From positions 206,566 to 270,565 of the forward strand of contig CAZNZL010000001.1 of NCBI GenBank assembly GCA_964577565.1: a DNA stretch of 64,000 bases, in the 5' to 3' direction. This stretch comes from an uncultured Candidatus Saccharibacteria bacterium. GTDB taxonomy: Bacteria; Patescibacteriota; Saccharimonadia; Saccharimonadales; JAGQNJ01. The position numbers and the translations under genes are program-made. This document shows positions 1 through 6,523 of this stretch, piece by piece (the stretch's first letter is position 1; each line of letters starts with the position of its first letter). Below the pieces are notes generated by a model. It had not been told where the DNA came from. It saw only the letters and a program-made list of their open reading frames with translations, and did no database searches.

Positions 1-55
1 CAGAGAAATCACGATTAGACATACCGCGACGTGCAGGAGTAGTAGGTTTATACAT
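1..55 (-). CDS. rplB: 50S ribosomal protein L2, N-terminal fragment (gene continues off the left edge)
   Basis: Reverse complement of 1-55 reads MYKPTTPARRGMSNRDFS, the conserved L2 N-terminus. It lies directly downstream of rplW, as in S10 operons. Confidence 0.75.
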   Translation of the reverse strand, partial: MYKPTTPARRGMSNRDFS

Positions 56-66
56 AGAAATAGCCA

Positions 67-522
67 TTACTTCTTCTCCTTCTTATCGTCTTTTTTAGCG
101 GTTTTCTTCTCATCTTGCTTGTCAGTTTTAGCAGATTTATCTTCAGCTTCACCGAAAATATTAATGCTACTACCTTCTGCTAAGCGTACATAAGCTTTCT
201 TGGCTTTTGCACGCACACCAGCTACTGGTCGGTTCCGCTTTTGGTAAGACTTTTTGACTTTACCCTTTACTACTACAACTTTTACGTCTTGCACGGTAAC
301 GCCAAATTGTTCTTGAACAGCAGCAGTAATCATCATTTTGTTAGCAGTTACCGGTACATCAAACACATAGGTGTTTAGGGCCAGGCTTGTGCCATAGGCT
401 TTTTCGCTCATGCGGGGCTTCAATACGACGGTTTTACTCATACCGTTAGAAATTACTTTAGAGGTAGATTTTCTATCAGTATTAGCTGTGTTCATTTTTG
501 CGCGATTTCTAACGGGACTCAT
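67..522 (-). CDS. rplW: 50S ribosomal protein L23, with an N-terminal extension and a Lys-rich C-terminal tail
   Basis: The core VVLKPRMSEKAY...VTANKMMI...FGVTV..V matches L23. The ATG at 522 overlaps the rplD stop (TAATG) and has GGGGGTGA 8 nt upstream. An alternative start at M28 (441) lacks an SD. Confidence 0.9.
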   Translation of the reverse strand: MSPVRNRAKMNTANTDRKSTSKVISNGMSKTVVLKPRMSEKAYGTSLALNTYVFDVPVTANKMMITAAVQEQFGVTVQDVKVVVVKGKVKKSYQKRNRPVAGVRAKAKKAYVRLAEGSSINIFGEAEDKSAKTDKQDEKKTAKKDDKKEKK

Positions 523-1154
523 TATTTGTCACCCCCAAGCCACTCGTTAATGATATCGAGTGATTTCTTAGTAATAATGATCGAATCAGCATTAAGAACA
601 TCATAAACATTCACATACTTTGCTTGCACTAAAATCACGTATGGAACGTTGCGGCTAGCTCGCACTAGCTCACTAGACTTGTTATCTACAACAACCAGCA
701 CGTTTCTGTTAGCACCAATTTTATTAAGCAAGGCCACAAATGGTTTAACTTTGCCGTCGTTGCTTTCAATACTGTCAATTACATTAATAGCTTTCGACTT
801 TAAGCTTAATGCTTGTCGAAGAGCAGTTTGTTTTGCTGCTGTGTTGAGCTTTCGACTGTAGTTTTCATTGCCGGTTGGGCCAAACACAATACCACCACCA
901 CGCCAAATTGGGTTTCGAGATGAACCAAAACGTGCACGGCCGGTACCTTTTTGGCGCCATGGCTTTCTACCGCCACCGCGAACTAAGCCACGAGTTTTAA
1001 CCACAGCATTATTTTCTCGGCCATTTGCTAGGTATGATAAATAGGCTTGCTTTAAGAGGTCGTGGCTCTCAACTGTTATGCCAAATACTTTTTTATCTAA
1101 CTTAACAGGAGTTGTTGCTTTAGTGCCTGATTTTGTATAGGTAGGAACGCTCAT
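522..1154 (-). CDS. rplD: 50S ribosomal protein L4
   Basis: 210 aa with an L4/L1e signature (KTRGLVRGGGRKPWRQKGTGRAR). GGAGGTG SD 8 nt upstream. S10 operon context. Confidence 0.97.
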   Translation of the reverse strand: MSVPTYTKSGTKATTPVKLDKKVFGITVESHDLLKQAYLSYLANGRENNAVVKTRGLVRGGGRKPWRQKGTGRARFGSSRNPIWRGGGIVFGPTGNENYSRKLNTAAKQTALRQALSLKSKAINVIDSIESNDGKVKPFVALLNKIGANRNVLVVVDNKSSELVRASRNVPYVILVQAKYVNVYDVLNADSIIITKKSLDIINEWLGGDK

Positions 1155-1258
1155 TATTTTTCACCTCCGGTTAACGAGACAAACCTACGGTTTTTCTCAT
1201 CGCGCAAGGTTTTGAATGAATCAAAACTTTGGCTGCTCTTTTCCCTTGAGAAATACAT
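1154..1258 (-). CDS. Intercistronic mini-ORF A (34 aa, MYFSREKSSQSFDSFKTLRDEKNRRFVSLTGGEK); novel small protein or relay ORF
   Basis: The ATG (1258-1256) overlaps the rplC stop as TAATG. The stop TAA (1156-1154) overlaps the rplD ATG as TAATG. The span is exactly 105 nt with no internal stop. The core 1171-1247 is repeated at 14020-14096 with 3 mismatches. It is too short for the supplied ORF track. Confidence 0.5.
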   Translation of the reverse strand: MYFSREKSSQSFDSFKTLRDEKNRRFVSLTGGEK

Positions 1259-1869
1259 TACTTAACCTCCTTCAGTAAAACTATGCCTTTTCGAGGCCCA
1301 GGCACAGCGCCGGCTATACCAATGATGTTTAGCTCGGTATCAACAAGCGCAACCTTAAGGTTTTTAACCGTTACACGCTCGTGACCCATTTGGCCGGCCA
1401 TTTTCTTACCCTTAAAAATCTTTTGTGGGTACATAGAACCAATTGAACCAGGGCGTCGATAACTGCGGCCACCATGTGTTTTACGGCCACGATGAAAGTT
1501 ATGGCGCTTAATAGTACCGGCAAAACCTTTACCTTTGCTTGTTCCGGTTACAGATACAACATCTCCAACAACAAAAGAATCGGCTGAAACTGATTCGCCG
1601 ATCTTCATATCTTCACTTATTTCGTCAATGCGGAATTCACGCATAATCTTTGGTGTTGTATTGGCTTGCTTTACGTGGCCCGCTACTGACTTGCTGAGCT
1701 TTTTACCATCTTCAAAGCCAAGCTGTACGGCCGTATAGCCGTCGCTCTCAACGTCTTTTACTTGCGTAATAACGTTAGGACTAGCGGAAAGCAAGGTAAT
1801 AGCTTGAACCGTACCGTCTTCAGAGATGGTACTTGTCATGCCTACCTTTCGTGTGATTAGAGCTTTCAT
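1258..1869 (-). CDS. rplC: 50S ribosomal protein L3
   Basis: 203 aa. MKALITRKVGMT...FKGKKMAGQMG is typical L3. AAAGGAGAA SD upstream. Confidence 0.97.
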   Translation of the reverse strand: MKALITRKVGMTSTISEDGTVQAITLLSASPNVITQVKDVESDGYTAVQLGFEDGKKLSKSVAGHVKQANTTPKIMREFRIDEISEDMKIGESVSADSFVVGDVVSVTGTSKGKGFAGTIKRHNFHRGRKTHGGRSYRRPGSIGSMYPQKIFKGKKMAGQMGHERVTVKNLKVALVDTELNIIGIAGAVPGPRKGIVLLKEVK

Positions 1870-1911
1870 AGTTCTCCTTTAGCGACCTTTGTGCCAGCAT
1901 ACATACGATTT

Positions 1912-2020
1912 GACAAAGCCAATTGTTTGTCTGCTTCCTGGCAAATTGCTGCGTCATAAGCTCCGTTGCTCACTCATCGTATGTATATACGCTTCGCTAC
2001 TGCTACTCGCTTTTTCCTTG
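1912..2020 (-). repeat. Degenerate fourth copy of the mini-ORF/RNA element, inside the rplC 5' leader
   Basis: The gene strand carries the same ordered blocks as copies A-C: CAAGGAAAAAG (2010-2020), AGCAG-rich segment, hairpin CGUAU-AUAC-AUACG, CGAUGAG (1973-1979), GGCUUUGUC (1912-1920). There is no ATG-initiated frame. Confidence 0.3.
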
Positions 2021-2175
2021 CACTTTGCACAGGCACTAAACTCGCTTGTTAATGTTGTACATTGGTCTAGTGACAAGACATAGACATAAAAAGGCTTGGT
2101 ATATTGCAGTTTTCACCTCTGTTAAGAGCGCGAACTTACATGTATACACCAAGTAAATTACAAATATACTATTAC

Positions 2176-2205
2176 AGAGTAACAGAAAATCGCTACCTCT
2201 GTCAA
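2176..2205 (-). promoter_or_regulatory. Putative promoter of rplC (TTGACA-N18-TGtTACTCT)
   Basis: The reverse complement reads TTGACAgaggtagcgattttcTGtTACTCT, 9 nt after the stop of the upstream orphan. It would give a roughly 300-nt leader. Confidence 0.4.
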
Positions 2206-2213
2206 TATGTTGT

Positions 2214-2699
2214 TTATTCTACACTGACGGGTTGAAGGTCTACAACTTCTCTGACGAGTCTGGCGCCTTCTTCATAAATTCTTCCGGGTAAATAATAAAA
2301 ATCACTAATATCTAATATTCTCGTAAAGCCGGCTTCTTCTAATGGAAATTCAAGGTTTTCTGGTATTCGTCTGAAAGGCACATAAACCGTCAGGGTATTC
2401 TCAATACCAAGTTGCTGAAGTTGAAAAGGGGCAAAATCGGCCATGTCACCAGACCTCCAAGTGCTTTCCGGTATAAAACCAAATACCGCTAGAACACCAA
2501 GTCCGTCGCGTCGAATCGCGACTTCTTGCCGCTCTAAATCCCACAAAGAGTTTAGTTTAAAGTCTACCCATAAGCCAACTCTATCTAGAGCCAGCTTAGC
2601 TGGTGTTTGAAATAAACGCGGTGCAAGCACCGAAACACGACGCGGGTCGTCAAGATACTCTTGCATAACTCTATCTGTCCATTCTGAATCGTATTCCAT
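2214..2699 (-). CDS. Hypothetical acidic cytoplasmic protein (161 aa from MEYDSEW...)
   Basis: Long ORF in the rpsJ-rplC gap. The start at 2699 is preferred because TGaTATAAT sits 7 nt upstream. The track's upstream extension to 2768 overlaps the previous ORF. No recognisable domain. Confidence 0.6.
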   Translation of the reverse strand: MEYDSEWTDRVMQEYLDDPRRVSVLAPRLFQTPAKLALDRVGLWVDFKLNSLWDLERQEVAIRRDGLGVLAVFGFIPESTWRSGDMADFAPFQLQQLGIENTLTVYVPFRRIPENLEFPLEEAGFTRILDISDFYYLPGRIYEEGARLVREVVDLQPVSVE

Positions 2700-2706
2700 A
2701 TACGGG

Positions 2707-2715
2707 ATTATATCA
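2707..2715 (-). promoter_or_regulatory. Extended -10 promoter (TGaTATAAT), 7 nt upstream of the ATG at 2699; leaderless configuration
   Basis: Reverse complement of 2700-2715 = TGATATAATCCCGTAT, followed by ATG. Confidence 0.5.
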
Positions 2716-2727
2716 GAGAAATTATTG

Positions 2728-3063
2728 TTATATTGATACAAAAATACCGATAGGAGTCCAAAAACCAACCAGCATAGCTACTAACAATACGGCGTAACCA
2801 AGTTTACGGTCTTGTTTTATGCTCTCTTTTGAAACAAGAAACAAGCCTGCAATCAAACCTATTGGCAGGGGTAGCTGCCATGAACTGCCTTTACTAGCTT
2901 TGAGCCAGATTGATCCAACAATTACTAATATAACGAGTTTTAAGAAAAAGCCGCTATCGGTGTTGTTTGAAGGTTTTTGTTTTCTTTTTGTCACTAGTTT
3001 TATTATAGCAAAAATACAAATTAAGAAAGTATGTTTGCGCTTGTCTCTTAACTTAGCTAACAA
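2728..3063 (-). CDS. Hypothetical integral membrane protein (111 aa, about 4 hydrophobic segments)
   Basis: Hydrophobic stretches FLICIFAIIKLV, LVILVIVGSIWL, LPIGLIAGLFLV and AVLLVAMLVGFWTPIGIFVSI. It follows the previous ORF after 8 nt. Confidence 0.5.
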   Translation of the reverse strand: MLAKLRDKRKHTFLICIFAIIKLVTKRKQKPSNNTDSGFFLKLVILVIVGSIWLKASKGSSWQLPLPIGLIAGLFLVSKESIKQDRKLGYAVLLVAMLVGFWTPIGIFVSI

Positions 3064-3071
3064 ATTTTAAA

Positions 3072-3314
3072 TTAGCTATCGGTAGTTTGTCCTGCTGATT
3101 GTGCATCGATGGCACAGGGTTCTTTTAGTATATCCTTACCGATTTGTATGCTGCCACCCATTAGCATGCATCCCCCCAAGGCCACAAATAGTAGACCTTC
3201 ACCATCAACTTTAGAATGTATCTCTGCGACTAAGCCGCCAAGGGATAGTATGCCGCCACTAATACCAAGCTTCATGCCCGGTTCTTTTATGAATTCTCCT
3301 ACGCGTTGTAGCAT
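3072..3314 (-). CDS. Hypothetical small Gly-rich membrane protein (80 aa, two Gly-zipper-like segments)
   Basis: Segments LGISGGILSLGGLVAEI and LLFVALGGCMLMGGSIQIG. It starts 12 nt after the rpsJ stop, with AAAGG upstream. Confidence 0.5.
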   Translation of the reverse strand: MLQRVGEFIKEPGMKLGISGGILSLGGLVAEIHSKVDGEGLLFVALGGCMLMGGSIQIGKDILKEPCAIDAQSAGQTTDS

Positions 3315-3326
3315 GGAAGCGCCTTT

Positions 3327-3662
3327 CTACATCTTAATTTCGGCGTCGCAGCCAGCTGGTAGGCTCAGGTTCATGAGGCTATCAATTGTCTTTGGCGTTG
3401 GTTCAAGAACGTCAATAATGCGCTTATGAATGCGCATTTCAAACTGTTCACGGCCTTTTTTAAAGACGTGCGGGCTTTTTACTACCGTGTATGTTGTTCG
3501 TTGGGTTGGCAGTGGAATGGGCCCTGCTATTGTGGCGCCAGTACGCAAAGCTGTATCTACAATTTGCTTCGCAGACTGGTCAATTACTTTATGATCATAT
3601 GCTTTAAGGCGAATCCGGATTCGTTGTTTACCGGCTTCCTTACTAGCGGATGTTGCACTCAT
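3327..3662 (-). CDS. rpsJ: 30S ribosomal protein S10
   Basis: [24 protein letters not shown]...[23 protein letters not shown] is canonical S10. Confidence 0.97.
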   Translation of the reverse strand: MSATSASKEAGKQRIRIRLKAYDHKVIDQSAKQIVDTALRTGATIAGPIPLPTQRTTYTVVKSPHVFKKGREQFEMRIHKRIIDVLEPTPKTIDSLMNLSLPAGCDAEIKM

Positions 3663-3725
3663 AAAATTCCTTTCTCTTAGAGCACTCTAACATGTACAAC
3701 CGTTAGAAGTTTTTATTAATACCTT

Positions 3726-3754
3726 ATTGTACAACAAATCGTATATAAATCCAA
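3726..3754 (-). promoter_or_regulatory. Putative rpsJ promoter (TTGGAT-N17-TACAAT)
   Basis: Reverse complement = TTGGATttatatacgatttgttgTACAAT, 12 nt after the stop of the upstream orphan. Confidence 0.45.
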
Positions 3755-3765
3755 GAGTTTACTAC

Positions 3766-4185
3766 CTATGTTGTGCTACTGCGGGATGGGGGTGACAAAC
3801 GAGGAATCGTAGGGTCATCTTTGAGTACTCTTAGTAAGTTGCCGAAGTTATAATGAGGTGCGTCATAACCACTATAAGTTGTACCTAAAATTCGACAGCC
3901 AGCTCTCCTTTCTAAGTCGGACGGGTACTCAACCTTATCGGTTGAAGCTACCTCAAGCTCTCGATATTCATTAATATAAACAGCATTGTCAGTATAACCA
4001 CCAAAGTGCTCATCTAAAAAAGCTCTAAATATGCCGTTAAGTGCAAAAAGCGACCAGCGTAATTGCACGGTCACAATGCATAAAAGATCGCTCGATCGTT
4101 CAATATGCTCAGCTAGTTCGTCAGAAAAAGCCGGTAATCCTGAAGTTGGCAGCTCTAAGGCTGTTACTCTTTCTAATGTTGTCAT
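3766..4185 (-). CDS. Hypothetical acidic protein (139 aa)
   Basis: ORF between the tuf terminator and the rpsJ promoter. No recognisable motif. Confidence 0.55.
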   Translation of the reverse strand: MTTLERVTALELPTSGLPAFSDELAEHIERSSDLLCIVTVQLRWSLFALNGIFRAFLDEHFGGYTDNAVYINEYRELEVASTDKVEYPSDLERRAGCRILGTTYSGYDAPHYNFGNLLRVLKDDPTIPRLSPPSRSSTT

Positions 4186-4337
4186 GGCATGTACCCCGAT
4201 TATTCGTTATAGCGTACGCCCATACTGCTCATGTTAAAAGACGTTAAATTTACACCATCATACTTTTCGATATAGTAGCCAAAAAAGAGCCAAGATTTCT
4301 CCTGACTCTTTTTTCGAATATAAACAAATATGGGTGC

Positions 4338-4379
4338 CAAAAGCAAAATCCCAGAAGTCATTGACTTGCTTCTGGGATT
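4338..4379 (-). terminator. Rho-independent terminator after tuf
   Basis: Gene-strand RNA AAUCCCAGAAG-(11 nt loop)-CUUCUGGGAUU followed by UUUGCUUUUGG. An 11-bp perfect stem, 20 nt after the tuf stop. Confidence 0.75.
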
Positions 4380-4399
4380 TACGGTGCGTTTATCTAAGA

Positions 4400-5581
4400 T
4401 TATTTTGTAATCTTTGTTACAACACCGGCACCAACAGTTCGGCCACCTTCACGGATAGCAAAACGTTGACCGTTATCCATAGCAATTGGCTGGATTAGTT
4501 TAACCTTAAAGGTTACAGTATCGCCAGGCATGACCATTTCTTTGTCTGCCGGAAGCTCAACCTCACCTGTTACGTCCGTAGTACGGAAGTAGAACTGAGG
4601 CTTATAACCTTTAAAGAATGGCGTGTGTCGTCCACCCTCTTCTTTGGTTAGGACATAAACTTCTGCATCAAATTCGGTGTGAGGAGTGATTGTACCTGGT
4701 TTAGCCAAAACTTGACCGCGCTCAATGTCATCACGCTCAACACCACGAAGCAAGATACCAACATTGTCACCAGCTTGACCTTGATCAAGGTTTTTCTTGA
4801 ACATTTCAACGCCGGTTACAACACTCTTCTTCGTGTCACGAATACCAACAATCTCAACTTCGTCGTTAACTTTAACGATACCTTGTTCAATACGGCCAGT
4901 TGCAACAGTACCACGACCTTTAATTGAGAAGACGTCTTCGATTGCCATCATGAATGGCTTGTCTAGATCACGCTTAGGCTCGGGGATGAAATCATCCATA
5001 GCTTTTACAAGCTCCATAATAGCGTTCTCATCTTCTTCTGAACCTTCAAGAGCTTTAGTAGCAGAACCTTTGATGATTGGCGCGTCTTCGTCGAAGCCGT
5101 TCTTAGCAAGAAGTTCACGTACATCCATTTCAACTAGCTCAACGAGTTCAGGATCAGCAAGGTCCATCTTGTTGAGGAATACAACGATCTTTGGTACGTT
5201 TACCTGGCGAGCAAGCAAAACGTGCTCACGAGTCTGGGGCATAGGACCGTCAGCAGCTGATACAACCAAAATAGCACCATCAACCTGTGCAGCGCCGGTA
5301 ATCATGTTCTTGATGTAGTCGGCGTGACCAGGCATGTCAACGTGTGCGTAGTGACGCTTTTCACTCTCGTATTCTTGGTGAGAAACGGCAATCGTAATAC
5401 CACGCTGCTTTTCTTCTGGTGCGTTGTCGATTTGATCATAGTTAATCGGCTTGTTAATGTCACTTGGCAATTTCTTAGCCAAAGTGTGGGTAATAGCCGC
5501 GGTTAGTGTTGTCTTACCGTGGTCAACGTGGCCCATGGTACCAACGTTCACATGCGGTTTGCTTCTGTCGAAGTCAGCCAT
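4400..5581 (-). CDS. tuf: Elongation factor Tu
   Basis: 393 aa with [17 protein letters not shown] and NKMD GTPase motifs. AAGGAG SD. Confidence 0.99.
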   Translation of the reverse strand: MADFDRSKPHVNVGTMGHVDHGKTTLTAAITHTLAKKLPSDINKPINYDQIDNAPEEKQRGITIAVSHQEYESEKRHYAHVDMPGHADYIKNMITGAAQVDGAILVVSAADGPMPQTREHVLLARQVNVPKIVVFLNKMDLADPELVELVEMDVRELLAKNGFDEDAPIIKGSATKALEGSEEDENAIMELVKAMDDFIPEPKRDLDKPFMMAIEDVFSIKGRGTVATGRIEQGIVKVNDEVEIVGIRDTKKSVVTGVEMFKKNLDQGQAGDNVGILLRGVERDDIERGQVLAKPGTITPHTEFDAEVYVLTKEEGGRHTPFFKGYKPQFYFRTTDVTGEVELPADKEMVMPGDTVTFKVKLIQPIAMDNGQRFAIREGGRTVGAGVVTKITK

Positions 5582-5736
5582 TAGTGTTAGCTCCTTTTAT
5601 TTAACTTAATCTTTAACGTGAGTAAATACATACTCACACGAGTACCGTTACAACTGTACTACATCTGTTAATAAGTAGCAATATATACTGCCAATTTAAA
5701 AACTCATGCAGTTGTAACGGCACGAGTTACCAAGTC

Positions 5737-5764
5737 ATTCTATCTGATAACAGCGTATTTGTAA
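5737..5764 (-). promoter_or_regulatory. Putative tuf promoter (TTACAA-N16-TAGAAT)
   Basis: Reverse complement = TTACAAatacgctgttatcagaTAGAAT, beginning 2 nt after the stop of the upstream orphan. Confidence 0.4.
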
Positions 5765-5766
5765 AG

Positions 5767-6036
5767 CTATAAGCTTACATGAGTTTCGTACGTTTCTATA
5801 TCACGTAAGGGGCAAATAGTTTTAGTCCCTAAATTAACACCAAGAATACTTGTTCTGCCGAAAAGTGTTCGTTGTGTATCAATCGCACCGGGGCATTCTG
5901 GATCACATACTATAGACTCTGGATCAGCGGCATCTTTGGATACGGGTACGATTCGCATTCCATCTGACATTAAATCTACAGAAACACAACTTCCTGCCTT
6001 TGTTGGACATATATTGAAATTTGTAGAGCTTTCCAT
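5767..6036 (-). CDS. Hypothetical small Cys-Pro motif protein (89 aa), paralog-like to the ORF at 9444-9677
   Basis: Contains ICPTKAG, VCDPECPGAID and ICPLRD. By eye it shares the blocks xCPxxxG, [IV]D[IL]M, [KR][LI]VP[MV]xK[ED] and [LI]VxxxxCP[AG] with the 77-aa ORF. Confidence 0.5.
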   Translation of the reverse strand: MESSTNFNICPTKAGSCVSVDLMSDGMRIVPVSKDAADPESIVCDPECPGAIDTQRTLFGRTSILGVNLGTKTICPLRDIETYETHVSL

Positions 6037-6059
6037 AACAACATCGTAAATTATTTAAT

Positions 6060-6512
6060 TCATTTGTCAATTACTTCAGTAATAATGTCTGGAAATTTCT
6101 CCATATCAACATCAATATTACTAAAAATCGCACTACTCGCAGCCCAAACAACTCTGTCACTCAACCGCTCCCAGCCTCTAAATTTATCTATTGGGTGAAT
6201 AGAATCATGAAACCGGGCGCTACTAAAAGCCGTTAGGGGGTCTTGCTGAATCAATGCTGTCTCGGCTAAATTTGTAGCCATTCGAAGAGTCAGTGCTAGT
6301 CTTTGGCCTGGAATATATGACCGAAACAAATGTTCTCGCGAGGCTACATAGCTAAGTCTACGTATTAGATCTTGCGCATAGTCAGCGTGACTCATGGGTA
6401 GTCGATAGCCTAAATTACGTATATCGAAATAGAGTTCGTCGCTAATGTCTTCAGGATGGCCCATGGATAGGTTACTTGTGGCTCTGAGTTCTGCCTCGTG
6501 TCGGTTTGTCAT
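6060..6512 (-). CDS. Hypothetical protein (150 aa)
   Basis: A 453-nt ORF starting 11 nt after the fusA stop. No SD and no recognisable domain. Confidence 0.55.
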   Translation of the reverse strand: MTNRHEAELRATSNLSMGHPEDISDELYFDIRNLGYRLPMSHADYAQDLIRRLSYVASREHLFRSYIPGQRLALTLRMATNLAETALIQQDPLTAFSSARFHDSIHPIDKFRGWERLSDRVVWAASSAIFSNIDVDMEKFPDIITEVIDK

Positions 6513-6523
6513 GGGTAGATTGC

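Noticed and set aside
1178-1204. Hammerhead-like string CGAUGAG ... GUC in the repeated element.
   Set aside because: The core lacks the U of CUGAUGA. No GAAA follows the stem, and the helices do not arrange into a three-way junction, so it is not a hammerhead. I could not match twister, pistol or hatchet cores from memory either.
1231-1247. boxA-like sequence TGCTCTTTT inside the repeated element (also at 14081-14096 and 35611-35625).
   Set aside because: It reads this way only on the plus strand, antisense to all flanking genes. On the transcribed strand it is GGGAAAAGAGCA.
1889-2083. 64-aa plus-strand ORF in the rplC leader.
   Set aside because: It is antisense to the leader, has no expression signals, and gives a Leu/Cys-rich low-complexity translation.
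2700-2768. A 23-codon N-terminal extension of the 184-aa ORF.
   Set aside because: It overlaps the preceding membrane ORF by 41 nt. A perfect TGaTATAAT lies 7 nt before the ATG at 2699.
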